Shown here: positions 39,592-49,633 of the stretch, in pieces
How positions within the stretch are numbered: position 1 is the first letter of the stretch
How the letters are laid out: each line of letters begins with the position of its first letter
Assembly: GCA_963733095.1 (NCBI GenBank)
Contig: CAVTBV010000001.1
Span: 128,001-192,000 of the forward strand
Direction of reading: 5' to 3'
DNA: 64,000 nt
From: Candidatus Bathyarchaeota archaeon
GTDB lineage: Archaea > Thermoproteota > Bathyarchaeia > Bathyarchaeales > Bathycorpusculaceae
Program-made: the position numbers and the translations under genes
The notes under the pieces: generated by a model
Databases searched by the model: none
Seen by the model: only the letters and a program-made list of their open reading frames with translations
What the model was told of the DNA's origin: nothing

Positions 39592-40464
39592 TTGGCTCAA
39601 GAAAAAGTCTTGATTATCGGTTTAGGCGAGATTGGTCATACCCTTTTTGCATTGTACAGTGAGGCTAAGGCAAAGTTTTCGGTTTATGGTTTAGATTTAG
39701 ATCTGGAAAAAATGAAGGTGCTGGGCCAAAACAAAGACAACATCCCACCTAAGGTTGATACTTTGCAGATTTGCCTTCCATGCGGCAATCCAGAAAAATT
39801 TGCCGACATAACCAAAAACTACATTGAACAATACAAGCCCAAACTTGTAATAATCAACAGCACTGTTCCACCAGGAACCACACTCAAAGTCGCTGCATCA
39901 TGCACATGTCTTTTAGCTCATTCCCCTGCTCGCGGCGTTCACAAGAGCCCTGAACACATGATATGGGAGATGAAGCGTTGGACCAAATACGTTGGCGGCG
40001 CAAACAAAGAAGCCTCGGAAGTTGCACAGGCGCATTTTGAGGAACTGGGGTTAAAAGTTAAAGTTCTGAAGAGTTGCCGAGAAACCGAACTAGCAAAACT
40101 CTTCGAAACCACCTATCGTGCGTGGATGATTGCATGCTTCCAAGAAATGCATCGAATCTCCAAAGCTTTCGAAGCCGACTTCAACGAAACAGTTGATTTC
40201 CTCGAAGACACACACCGCGTCAGGTTTGATAGGCCCGTCATGTTTCCAGGAGTCATCGGCGGTCACTGTTTGATTCCTAACACAGAATTGCTGCTCAAAT
40301 CGTATGATTCAGAGTTTTTGAGGTTGATTTTGGATTCGAACGAGAAACGCAAGGAAGAAATCAAGGATAAAACAGTCAAGGCAGAAGCAGAGAAGGTTGC
40401 TGCTCGGGCTGAAGCTTTAGAGACGGAATTGACAGGAAAAGAGTCCCACGAGGGATGTTCCTAA
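39592..40464 (+). CDS. UDP-glucose/GDP-mannose dehydrogenase family protein (short form)
   Basis: GLGEIG, STVPPGTT, HSP, ELAKLFE, GGHCL; lacks the usual C-terminal UDP-binding domain. Confidence 0.85.
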   Translation: MAQEKVLIIGLGEIGHTLFALYSEAKAKFSVYGLDLDLEKMKVLGQNKDNIPPKVDTLQICLPCGNPEKFADITKNYIEQYKPKLVIINSTVPPGTTLKVAASCTCLLAHSPARGVHKSPEHMIWEMKRWTKYVGGANKEASEVAQAHFEELGLKVKVLKSCRETELAKLFETTYRAWMIACFQEMHRISKAFEADFNETVDFLEDTHRVRFDRPVMFPGVIGGHCLIPNTELLLKSYDSEFLRLILDSNEKRKEEIKDKTVKAEAEKVAARAEALETELTGKESHEGCS

Positions 40465-40739
40465 AATTAAGTGCCCAAATAATCCCTTCTCATTTCTCAT
40501 CTATAGCCCGATTCAACATTTAATCCCATTTGTTTTCCAACAATACAACCTACCCCTCTACGTTTTCAACATAGAACCACCAATAGGATCCTGATATGTT
40601 CGTGTCCGTTTTTGTGCGATTGTCTCCGATTGCTAGCTCTCATCTTTTCCGTGCCCAACTGATGGGCATGCTTGAACCGCAACCGTTTAATAACAATTCC
40701 TTTAAAGTCCTAACCAGCAAAACTAAGAAGGCACACTGA

Positions 40740-41783
40740 TTGTCCATAAACACAAACCTTGAAAAACTCTCCAACGCCTGCGGAATAACAGGCAGAGAAG
40801 AACAAGTCAGAAACTTAATGGTTCAGTTAATGACTCCATACGCAGACGAAATCCAAGTTGATAAAATGGAAAATGTCATAGCCATCAAGAAAGGCAAAGC
40901 AAACTCGCCAAAAATCATGTTAGCCGCCCACATGGATGAGGTAGGTTTAATGGTAAAAACAATAACAAAAGATGGCTTTCTGCAGTTCGCAAAAATGGGC
41001 GGCATCGACGACCGTATCCTTCCCGCTCAAAAAGTGATGGTGTACACTAAAAAAGGTGAGTTTCCCGGTATAATCGGCTCTAAACCGCCTCATATCCAAA
41101 AAGAAGAGGAACGCAAAAAAATCATTTCCTACGACGACCTCTTCATCGATGTTGGAGCAGAAAGTAAAGAAGACGCTGCCAGTATGGGTGTAACAGTCGG
41201 TGACCCAGTAGCCTTCGATGTAAAATACGTTAAACTGGGCAACGATGCTGTAATGGGAAAGGCATTTGATAACCGAGCAGGATGTATTACGATGGTTGAA
41301 ACCCTAAAGATTCTGGGGCAAACTGATTGTACCGTCTGTGCTGTCGGAACGGTCCAAGAGGAAGTCGGTTTACGTGGCGCGGCAACAGCAGCTTTTGGTG
41401 TTGACCCAGACCTCGCAATAGCGTTAGATGTTACCATTGCGGGCGACGTTCCAGGCGTAAGAGAATTTGACACCAGCGTAAAGATGGGTGAAGGTCCAGC
41501 GCTCACGATTTCCGACTCAGGATTAATCACGCGCCCAAAGGTTTTGAGGTGGCTTAAGGAAACTGCCGAAGAAGAAAAAATCCCCTATCAAATCGAATCA
41601 GGTTTGCTAGGCAGCACAGACGCAGCAAGAATCTCGATAACACGCCAAGGAATACCATGCGGAAACGTCTCCATAGCCACAAGGTACATCCACAGCCCAG
41701 TCGGCATGCTCAGCCTAAAAGACATCGAAAACTCAGCCAAATTAACCGCGGCAGCAATCCAAAAAGCAACAAAATACTTCTAA
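40740..41783 (+). CDS. M42 family (TET-like) aminopeptidase
   Basis: AAHMDEVG, KAFDNRAG, QEEVGLRGA, ALDVT, TDA, RYIHSP. Confidence 0.95.
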   Translation: MSINTNLEKLSNACGITGREEQVRNLMVQLMTPYADEIQVDKMENVIAIKKGKANSPKIMLAAHMDEVGLMVKTITKDGFLQFAKMGGIDDRILPAQKVMVYTKKGEFPGIIGSKPPHIQKEEERKKIISYDDLFIDVGAESKEDAASMGVTVGDPVAFDVKYVKLGNDAVMGKAFDNRAGCITMVETLKILGQTDCTVCAVGTVQEEVGLRGAATAAFGVDPDLAIALDVTIAGDVPGVREFDTSVKMGEGPALTISDSGLITRPKVLRWLKETAEEEKIPYQIESGLLGSTDAARISITRQGIPCGNVSIATRYIHSPVGMLSLKDIENSAKLTAAAIQKATKYF

Positions 41784-41841
41784 CTTTTCTTTACCAATTG
41801 TTTTTAATGTTCCCTTCGTTCTAATCTATTGTTGGTCCTAC

Positions 41842-42291
41842 ATGAGTAAACCTGACAAATTCGCTGGAAAATTCGATTTCCTAGAGCATACAGCAGATGT
41901 ATACGTTCGAGCACACGGGAAAAACATGGAGGAAGCCTACGAAAATGCAGCGCTCTCCATGTTTGAAACCATGACTGACACCGACAAAATCGCCCAAACC
42001 CAAGAAGAAACCGTCGAGGTTGAAGCAGAAGACCAATATGCGCTCCTATACAATTGGCTTGAAGCGTTGCTGGTTAAGTTTGAGACTGAAAACATGCTCT
42101 ACTCAAAATTTCAAATTACAGACTGGAAAGAAACGGCTGAAAACTTCAAAATTAAAGCTAAAGTTTGGGGAGAAAAATTCGACCCCAAAAAACACCCGCA
42201 AAAAGTCGCCGTTAAAGCGGTAACCTACCACCGCATGGTGGTTATCCGGGAAATGGACCGGGTGATTTTGGAGTTTATCCTCGATATCTAA
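41842..42291 (+). CDS. Archease
   Basis: FLEHTADV, VKAVTYH, C-terminal ILDI. Confidence 0.95.
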   Translation: MSKPDKFAGKFDFLEHTADVYVRAHGKNMEEAYENAALSMFETMTDTDKIAQTQEETVEVEAEDQYALLYNWLEALLVKFETENMLYSKFQITDWKETAENFKIKAKVWGEKFDPKKHPQKVAVKAVTYHRMVVIREMDRVILEFILDI

Positions 42292-42941
42292 GCAAAGTTA
42301 AGTTTCTTTAATTCCTCTAGCAGTTTTTCAACCATGGGTTCTGGCGGTTGGTCGAGGGTTTTCGTTTCAAGTTCTATGAACGGAACTTTCTTTTCTTTGT
42401 AGAAGGCTATTAGTGGGCTTGTTTGTACTTGGTAGACTTTTAGTCGATTCTTTATGGTTTCTGGGTTGTCGTCTGAGCGTTGGTAGAGAGGTCCTCCGCA
42501 TTTGTCGCAGACGCCTTCAACTTTGGGTTTTAGGAATTTGACATTGTAGACTGTGCCGCAGTTTTTGCAGATTCTTCGGGTTGATAGGCGTTCGATGATT
42601 ATCCAATCGGGAACAATCAACTGCATGATGACGTCGATGTTTGTTATGCCGTCGAGTTTTTTTGCTTGATCAAGGGTGCGTGGGTAACCGTCGAGAATGA
42701 AGCCTTTTCCCTTAGAAATTTTGGCTAAATGTGCCTTTAAAACTTCCACAACCACGTCATCGGGCACCAAGGCGCCTTTTTCCATGTAACTCTTAACTTT
42801 GCGGCTAAGTTCCGAGTCTTCTTTAACTAGTTCACGGAAAATATCTCCCATAGAAATAACGTCAACGCCGAGTTTAGCTTGCAGACGTGAGGCATACGTG
42901 CCTTTTCCTGCGCCAGGCGCCCCAAAGATAATTGCTTTCAA
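42288..42941 (-). CDS. adk: Adenylate kinase (bacterial-type, zinc LID)
   Basis: GAPGAGKGT, GFILDGYPRT, CKNCG...CDKCG, QRSDD. Confidence 0.95.
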   Translation of the reverse strand: MKAIIFGAPGAGKGTYASRLQAKLGVDVISMGDIFRELVKEDSELSRKVKSYMEKGALVPDDVVVEVLKAHLAKISKGKGFILDGYPRTLDQAKKLDGITNIDVIMQLIVPDWIIIERLSTRRICKNCGTVYNVKFLKPKVEGVCDKCGGPLYQRSDDNPETIKNRLKVYQVQTSPLIAFYKEKKVPFIELETKTLDQPPEPMVEKLLEELKKLNFA

Positions 42942-43052
42942 CTTATTGTCTCCTATCAGTCTTCTTTCATAGAACGGGATGTGTAATTAAATTTTGTGCC
43001 TCTTAGATGGGCGGGAAATATTTATGCTGCAGAGCCTTTTAGCAAAGGGTAG

Positions 43053-43973
43053 GTGCGACGTTTGCATACTAAAGAAGTTGGCAAAAACCTGTTTATGGTG
43101 GAACTGGAGACTGGAGGTTTCAAAAACCTTATTTGCAGTTATGTGATAAAAGGCAAAAAGCCCTTTCTGGTGGAGTCAGGTCCGACCAGCTCCATTCCTA
43201 ATCTGCTATCTGGCTTACGGGAACTTGATGTAAAGTTTGCGGATGTCGAATACATCGCCGTTACCCATGTGCACCTAGACCATGGAGGCGGCGCAGGTAC
43301 ATTGCTGAAGTACCTGCCAAACGCCAAGGTTGTTGTTCATCCCCGAGGCATGCCGCACTTAGTTGATCCTGAACGGCTTTGGACTTCGTCTCAAAAAGTT
43401 CTCGGTTTTGTTAGTGAAATCTTTGGCAAACCCGAACCTGTCCCAAAAGAACGAGTAATTCCCGTTACTGAGGAAGCTTTTGATTTAGGGGATGGCGCAA
43501 AATTGACGGTTACGGAAACTGTGGGTCATGCTTCTCACAATTTGAGTTTTCAAGAATCGTTTAATGGTGGAGTCTTTCCAGGTGATGCTGCTGGCACTTA
43601 TCTTCCAGAGTTTGATGTTGTGGTTCCAACTACTCCACCGCCTTTCTATTTGGATTCGGCATTGACTTCCTTGGACAGATTAATCAGCCTGAACCCAACT
43701 GTGCTCTATTTTAGCCATTTTGGAAAAGCCAACGATGCCGTGCAGCGACTCAAAGACTATAAGGTCCAACTTCAACTTTGGGCTGACATCGCTGAGGCTG
43801 GTGTGCAACAAAATCAGAGCTTGGAGCAAATTCGTGATAGGATAGTAGCTCAGGACAAGGTTATGAATCAAATAGCTGACTTCGTGAAGTCTCATAGAAT
43901 TTACTCAAAGACTATGCTGGAAAACTGCGTCAGGGGTTTTGTTGAATTCGCCAAGCAGAAGCAGGGTTCATAA
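43053..43973 (+). CDS. Metallo-beta-lactamase-fold hydrolase
   Basis: THVHLDHGGG, GHASH, GDAAG, SHFG. Confidence 0.9.
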   Translation: MRRLHTKEVGKNLFMVELETGGFKNLICSYVIKGKKPFLVESGPTSSIPNLLSGLRELDVKFADVEYIAVTHVHLDHGGGAGTLLKYLPNAKVVVHPRGMPHLVDPERLWTSSQKVLGFVSEIFGKPEPVPKERVIPVTEEAFDLGDGAKLTVTETVGHASHNLSFQESFNGGVFPGDAAGTYLPEFDVVVPTTPPPFYLDSALTSLDRLISLNPTVLYFSHFGKANDAVQRLKDYKVQLQLWADIAEAGVQQNQSLEQIRDRIVAQDKVMNQIADFVKSHRIYSKTMLENCVRGFVEFAKQKQGS

Positions 43974-44009
43974 ACGTTTTATAGTCTCATTCATCTTTTC
44001 TGTTGAAAG

Positions 44010-45497
44010 GTGAAGATTTTGGGTGAAAATGAAGGCAGAGCCGCAGCAGAGCGGGTTCCGTTGGAGAAAGTTAACGATTACATGTGGCGTATTCCACAGT
44101 ACAAGCCTGAGATGCGGGTTCCAGGCATGATTTTTGCTAACCAAGCACTGTTAGAGAAGATGCAGACTGACCGAACACTTTGGCAGTGCTCAAACGTTGC
44201 ACAACTGCCCGGCATCTACAAACATGCAGTTACGCTCCCTGATGGACACGAAGGTTATGGCTTTCCAATCGGCGGCGTCGCGGCAACCGACTACGAAAAC
44301 GGCGTCATCAGCCCCGGCGGCGTCGGCTACGACATCAACTGCGGGGTTCGTCTCCTTTCAACCACGCTAACAGAAAAAGACATACGACCTAAACTTGTGC
44401 CCTTGGCAGAAAGCATCTTCCGTAACGTTCCTTCTGGACTTGGCAGCCGAAGAAAAGACTTCACCGTATCTAACAGCGACCTCGAAAAATTAGTCACCGA
44501 AGGCGTTCAGTGGCTCATTGACCGCGGTTTAGGTTGGGCTGAAGATGGAAAGCACTGTGAAGAAAATGGACACATGAAAAATGCTAACCCAGACAAGGTT
44601 TCAAACACAGCCAAAAACCGCGGCTTAACTCAAATCGGTACATTGGGCTCAGGAAACCATTTCCTTGAAATCCAAAAAGTCGACAAAATCTTTAACGAAA
44701 AAACCGCTAAAGCCTTCGGTTTAACCCATGAAGGGCAAGTCACCGTTATGATTCACTGTGGGTCAAGAGGGTATGGCCACCAAGTCTGCTCTGACTACCT
44801 CCGCGTCATGGAGCATGCAGTGCAAAAATACAAAATATCCCTTCCCGACCGAGAATTAGCCTGCGCACCCGGAAACAGCCCTGAAGCCAAAGACTACATT
44901 GAAGCGATGGCTTGCGCCGTAAACTATGCGTTCTGTAATCGGCAGGCGATTATGCATTGGGTCAGACAGAGCTTCCAGCAAGTCTACGGTCAAGACGCCG
45001 AAAAATTCGGATTAAGCCTCGTCTACGACGTTGCACACAACATTGCAAAAGTGGAAACCCACAACATCGACGGAACCCAAAAGAAAGTTTGGGTACACCG
45101 CAAAGGAGCCACCCGTGCCTTCCCCGCAGGTCACCCCGACGTTTCAGACGATTACAGAAGCGAAGGGCAACCAGTGCTTATTCCAGGCAGTATGGGTACG
45201 AGCTCATGGGTTTTGGTGGGTTCGCAGAAGGCGATGGAGTTGACCTTCGGGTCCACAGCGCATGGTGCAGGCAGGATGATGAGTCGTTCCGCTGCAAAAC
45301 GTCAGTACTGGGGCGGAGACATAAAGGCAGGTTTGGAGAAACGCGGTATCGTTGTTCGAGCTGCGAGCGCTTCAGTGTTAGCTGAAGAAGCTGATCCGGC
45401 GTACAAGGACGTGGACATGGTTGCAGACGTCAGCGATAAGGTTGGGATCGCAACTAAGGTTGCAAGGCTAGTCCCATTAGCAGTTGTGAAGGGTTAA
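44010..45497 (+). CDS. rtcB: RNA-splicing ligase RtcB
   Basis: PDGHEGYGFPIG, GYDINCG, GSGNHF, HCGSRG, HRKGAT, PGSMG, HGAGR. Confidence 0.97.
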   Translation: MKILGENEGRAAAERVPLEKVNDYMWRIPQYKPEMRVPGMIFANQALLEKMQTDRTLWQCSNVAQLPGIYKHAVTLPDGHEGYGFPIGGVAATDYENGVISPGGVGYDINCGVRLLSTTLTEKDIRPKLVPLAESIFRNVPSGLGSRRKDFTVSNSDLEKLVTEGVQWLIDRGLGWAEDGKHCEENGHMKNANPDKVSNTAKNRGLTQIGTLGSGNHFLEIQKVDKIFNEKTAKAFGLTHEGQVTVMIHCGSRGYGHQVCSDYLRVMEHAVQKYKISLPDRELACAPGNSPEAKDYIEAMACAVNYAFCNRQAIMHWVRQSFQQVYGQDAEKFGLSLVYDVAHNIAKVETHNIDGTQKKVWVHRKGATRAFPAGHPDVSDDYRSEGQPVLIPGSMGTSSWVLVGSQKAMELTFGSTAHGAGRMMSRSAAKRQYWGGDIKAGLEKRGIVVRAASASVLAEEADPAYKDVDMVADVSDKVGIATKVARLVPLAVVKG

Positions 45498-45603
45498 CAG
45501 CCCCTTCTCCTCTTTTTTGTTTCTTTATTTTTTGGTTTGGGTTTGATTTGGGTAATTGTATATCTAAGTCCTAAACCAAGCATTGTAGAAAACCAAAAGA
45601 CTG

Positions 45604-47166
45604 GTGCGTCTTAGCAGGAAGCGGAATTTGGGCAAGAATCAAATTAGGCTTCGGTACAGCGGATTTGTGGTTTTTACAACACAATTGCTAGGTGTCATAA
45701 CTGGCCTTATCTTTACACTTCTTTTGACCCGAAGCATGACAGTATCCCAATTCGGGATATGGACAAACATCTTTGATTACACACCATACTTCATCATTTT
45801 AGGCGGTGTTCTACCATTCTGGACCACAAGGTTTACTGCAAGAAGCCAAGGTGGAACTGCAAAAACCGCTGCTTTAAGCCAGTTATCCATTGCAGTTGCT
45901 TCAACCATAATCTATCTGCCTGTTATTTTCTTGATTTCACACGCCATTGGAACAAGCGCGTACCTGCTTATCTATTTCATCACAGGGTTCTACATCTTGA
46001 CCTATTACATGGTTGCCGTTTTTGAGGCAGTCTTGCAAGCCACCAGACCCCAAGCTACTGGATATGGCTTCATAATTCAAGAAATAGTCAAAGTAACAGT
46101 TGCTTTAGTCGTAATTTTAGTTTTCAAGCAGATATTTCTGGGCGCAATATTAGCATTGGTGTTGGCTCCGGCAGTTCAAATTTTGTATTACTGCTATTTG
46201 CTGGCTGGTTACTTTAAGGAAAAAGCAAATTGGGGCTTCCTTAGGCAGTGGCTTAAGGGTTCACCGGCAATCGCCTTCAACGCCGTGGGAACTCAAATGT
46301 TGTCTTTTGTTCTTATCCTGCTTTTCTTGTACGGCGGCTCAGAATCCAGAGCCTACTATCAAGCAGCCTTAAGTTTCACCACAATCGTTGGATACGCCTC
46401 CTCACTTGCGGTTGCGTTATACCCTAAACTTTTAGCCAACTCATGTACAGACGAAGAAGTTGGCTTGTCGTTTAGGACTGTATTAATGTTGGCGATTCCC
46501 TTGGCTACCCTAATGATAGTTATGGCTGTCTCGTTTTTAACCGTTCTAAACGTTTCTTACGGTGTAGCTTGGCCAGTCTTGATTGCATTGACGGCTGACA
46601 CATTAGTTGTCCTTGTGAATACGTTTTATTATTCATGTCTTATGGGTGTAGAATCTTTCGATGCTAAAGGCCATATTTCACTTCGCAAACTCGTCAAAAG
46701 CAAAATCTTCCAAGTCTTCAGCATCCCCTACATCCAAGCTGCAGTCGCCTTGCCCATAACCTATTTTGTTCTTACGCAACTGCCTGTAGCCGATGCAGTA
46801 ACTGCGACGGTTGAGGTTGTCGGGATTCTAATCGGTGTTCATGCGGGAACTTTTGTTGGACTGTACTTTTTTATGCGGCGCTCAATCCATATTCCTGTGG
46901 CTTGGAAAAGTTTAGCCAAATATGTTCTAGCTGCGTTGCTCATGGGTGCGGTTCTTTTTCTCTTGCCCACTACAACAACCTTGACATCAACAATAGCTAA
47001 AGCGATTGCAGGCTTCGCACTCTACACAGGCTTACTCTTAGCCATCGATAAACAAGCCAGAGGTCTTGTGAGGTTGATATGGCTGGAGATTACTGTCACC
47101 ATAAAACAGCTAATCCATCGAACAGTTAATTCAGGAGAAAACACGCGCCAAACAAGTGAAAATTAA
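45604..47166 (+). CDS. MOP-superfamily (Wzx-like) flippase or polysaccharide export membrane protein
   Basis: About 14 TM segments, LTRSM...FGIW start pattern, ALYPKL. Confidence 0.7.
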   Translation: MRLSRKRNLGKNQIRLRYSGFVVFTTQLLGVITGLIFTLLLTRSMTVSQFGIWTNIFDYTPYFIILGGVLPFWTTRFTARSQGGTAKTAALSQLSIAVASTIIYLPVIFLISHAIGTSAYLLIYFITGFYILTYYMVAVFEAVLQATRPQATGYGFIIQEIVKVTVALVVILVFKQIFLGAILALVLAPAVQILYYCYLLAGYFKEKANWGFLRQWLKGSPAIAFNAVGTQMLSFVLILLFLYGGSESRAYYQAALSFTTIVGYASSLAVALYPKLLANSCTDEEVGLSFRTVLMLAIPLATLMIVMAVSFLTVLNVSYGVAWPVLIALTADTLVVLVNTFYYSCLMGVESFDAKGHISLRKLVKSKIFQVFSIPYIQAAVALPITYFVLTQLPVADAVTATVEVVGILIGVHAGTFVGLYFFMRRSIHIPVAWKSLAKYVLAALLMGAVLFLLPTTTTLTSTIAKAIAGFALYTGLLLAIDKQARGLVRLIWLEITVTIKQLIHRTVNSGENTRQTSEN

Positions 47167-47226
47167 TATGTCTAAACAAAGCAGTCTATTTTGAGCGATC
47201 TTTGTTCGCTTTAGGTTGGTTTAGGA

Positions 47227-47886
47227 TTGAAGGATGAATGTGGGATCTGCGGGAGGGTTATGCGGACAACTTACATGCGGCAATGTCAGCGCTGCAAAAA
47301 ACTTTTCTGCCGAGACTGCATGACTCCTGACGTAGCCACTGGTGACCCGATGGCGATGCTATGTCTTCATTGCGCAAGACGAATCGTTTCGCCAAGGACA
47401 GTTTCCAAATGGGCTGGGCTTGAAAGTCACCTAAAGTTTCGAGCCGCATTCACCGATACGGTTAAACTAACATTTGCACGCATCGATGGGTTAATCGGCA
47501 GCAACCTTCCCATGGCTGCCTACAAGGACCCTGCGTGGTGGAGCAACGCATCTTCTAGCCTTCATACAAAGGCTTGGCTTGATGCAGGCTGGGAAGTTCA
47601 GGAAATTAACCTAAAAGAAGGCTACGTTACCTTCAAGAAAGTGCGTAGCGTCGCATTCAAAAAGTCAAAGAAGAAAAAACCTGAGATAACTCAGCCTTTC
47701 ACACCTGTACCTGTGCATAGAACGAGGTCAAAGATTCCTTCGAACACCAAAGTTTCAAAACTCTACGCCCGAATCAAAAACCTTGAACGTCAACGAGCTC
47801 TGCCACGGCAACCAGTAAGGGGATTAAAGTCTAAGTCGTCGCAGTATCAGAAGCGACTCTACAAAAACGATGAAAAACCACAATAG
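47227..47886 (+). CDS. Hypothetical protein: Cys-rich zinc finger + WWxN...AWLxAGW domain + basic tail
   Basis: Four CxxC pairs; LTFARIDGLIG..LP..AY..PAWWSN...AWLDAGWEV...VTFKK. Confidence 0.65.
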   Translation: MKDECGICGRVMRTTYMRQCQRCKKLFCRDCMTPDVATGDPMAMLCLHCARRIVSPRTVSKWAGLESHLKFRAAFTDTVKLTFARIDGLIGSNLPMAAYKDPAWWSNASSSLHTKAWLDAGWEVQEINLKEGYVTFKKVRSVAFKKSKKKKPEITQPFTPVPVHRTRSKIPSNTKVSKLYARIKNLERQRALPRQPVRGLKSKSSQYQKRLYKNDEKPQ

Positions 47887-47918
47887 CAACCTTTTGCTTA
47901 TGACTTTGCGGTGTCCCT

Positions 47919-48443
47919 TTGCTTGAACGAATGGTTGGCTCAAAAATTGAAGAGACCTATCCAAAACTAAAAGCTGCTTTAATGGCAAACGGATGCAAAG
48001 TAATCTCTGAAGTGCAACCAATCCAAATCATTCTAAAACAAGGCTCTCTTTGGGGAATATCACCAAAAACAGCCAAGAAAACGATTACTGTAAATTTAGA
48101 AAAAGGTGCTGAAGGCACAAGCGTAAAACTCTCTTCCAAGTTGGCGTCTGACTGGAAAAACATCACTCTAATCGGCTGCGTTCTCGCAGTTGTTCTGGTG
48201 GGTTTATGCTTTTGGATGGCGACTGATTTAACCACATTAATGGCTTCGCACCAGAGCGGTTTTTGGAGTTGGCTAGTCACGGTTGATGGCAATGTTGATT
48301 TGGTGGCTGCTCATGCTTTTGTTAATCTAACGTGGGGTCTGGCGGCTTTTCTTTTAGTAATCATGATTTTGGAAGCTGCGATAGTAGTTTTTGCGCGGTC
48401 CAAGATAGATTTGTTCACAGAAGGCGCCTTAAAACAACTATAA
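47919..48443 (+). CDS. Hypothetical membrane protein
   Basis: Soluble N-domain followed by two TM helices. Confidence 0.65.
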   Translation: MLERMVGSKIEETYPKLKAALMANGCKVISEVQPIQIILKQGSLWGISPKTAKKTITVNLEKGAEGTSVKLSSKLASDWKNITLIGCVLAVVLVGLCFWMATDLTTLMASHQSGFWSWLVTVDGNVDLVAAHAFVNLTWGLAAFLLVIMILEAAIVVFARSKIDLFTEGALKQL

Positions 48444-48448
48444 TAGTA

Positions 48449-49585
48449 TCATTGTATTTTTTTGCCGCATGATTCACAGTATGCAGCGTAGTTTTTGTTG
48501 CTTGAACCGCAAAAGATACAGAACTTGCTGCCCTCTGCATCAGCGGTTTCGGTTTGCGGAGTGCTCGGTGCAGAAGAATTCGATACCTCGACTGGATACT
48601 GCCTCGGTTTTCTTACAGACCAAACAGCCAAACCTATCGAAACTGCGACAGCCAACGCAATGATTACGAACAAGAGAGGATTATCAGCGATTAAGTTGAA
48701 CGATAGAGGTAGTACTGGCTGAACGCTTGGTTGGGTGATGTTAAGGGAACCGGAATCTGTTGGGGCTGGTTGATGTGTTGGTTTGGTTGTTGTGACGGGT
48801 GCTCCTGTTGGAGTTGGCTCCAAAGTCGGCAAAGCCACTACATTGGGAATAAACTGTTTGCTTTCATCTATAGTGTAGATGAAGGCGCTTTGACCGCTGA
48901 ATTCATCAGGTAACTGCCCAATGTTGAATCCGTTTCCTGTGGTTTCGCAGTAATAGTAGGTTTTGTTTGAGCCTTCAGGGTAGGTCCAATATGTGCCTTG
49001 TAGGTCATTTCCAAGAATGCCGACTGCGTAGTGGTTTGGAGGATTAATGTAGACAGTGCCGTAGCCCATTATGAGTGTTAAAGTCGCAAAAAGTATGGAT
49101 GTGTCCTCGCAGTCTCCTCCATCGTCAACCAAGGTCTCTATTGGAAACCGTGGGTACTCATCATATCCAGTTGTTACTTTATCTGACGTATAGGGTAAGC
49201 TTTGAACGAACGCCAACACAAAACTGACTTTGTGGAAGTCATCGTATCCTTGTCGGTTTGCTGTGTCATTTAGCTGGTTGGCTAAGCTCTGTATGTATGA
49301 ATCTTTAGTTGTGGTGCAAAAGCCATAGCCTGCTGGTCCATCGCTTGTCCGCGTGGAAACTGGAACCGACTTGTAAGCGTTGTATAAATCAACTGGAATA
49401 CTTAGGTTCCAGGTCCAATGTTGCCCGTTGTAATCCCAGGCGAACGATTTGTCGTAGTACCCGTCGGTTTGGGCTGCTGCTTGATGAGGGAGAATCATGG
49501 GTGCAGATATAATGAACGCTAAGGTTACGATGATTAATAGTTTGATTGGTTTATGTTTCAGCGAGAGTTCGCCCATCTTGACCAA
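48449..49585 (-). CDS. Secreted transglutaminase-like protein with TM anchor and C-terminal zinc ribbon
   Basis: Signal peptide; FVQSLPY, P.ETL..GGDCED (Cys), NHYAVG (His), YYCETT; Pro/Thr linker, TM helix, CIFCG...CESCG. Confidence 0.85.
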   Translation of the reverse strand: MVKMGELSLKHKPIKLLIIVTLAFIISAPMILPHQAAAQTDGYYDKSFAWDYNGQHWTWNLSIPVDLYNAYKSVPVSTRTSDGPAGYGFCTTTKDSYIQSLANQLNDTANRQGYDDFHKVSFVLAFVQSLPYTSDKVTTGYDEYPRFPIETLVDDGGDCEDTSILFATLTLIMGYGTVYINPPNHYAVGILGNDLQGTYWTYPEGSNKTYYYCETTGNGFNIGQLPDEFSGQSAFIYTIDESKQFIPNVVALPTLEPTPTGAPVTTTKPTHQPAPTDSGSLNITQPSVQPVLPLSFNLIADNPLLFVIIALAVAVSIGLAVWSVRKPRQYPVEVSNSSAPSTPQTETADAEGSKFCIFCGSSNKNYAAYCESCGKKIQ

Positions 49586-49633
49586 TTCAACGTCGTAATT
49601 GTTCTCAGTCTAATGTTTAAAACTTATCCCAAA

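Noticed and set aside
40465-40739. 275-nt intergenic region with hairpin GTGCCCA-ACTGA-TGGGCAT as a possible sRNA
   Set aside because: No clear C/D or H/ACA boxes or known RNA fold; a single hairpin is not enough
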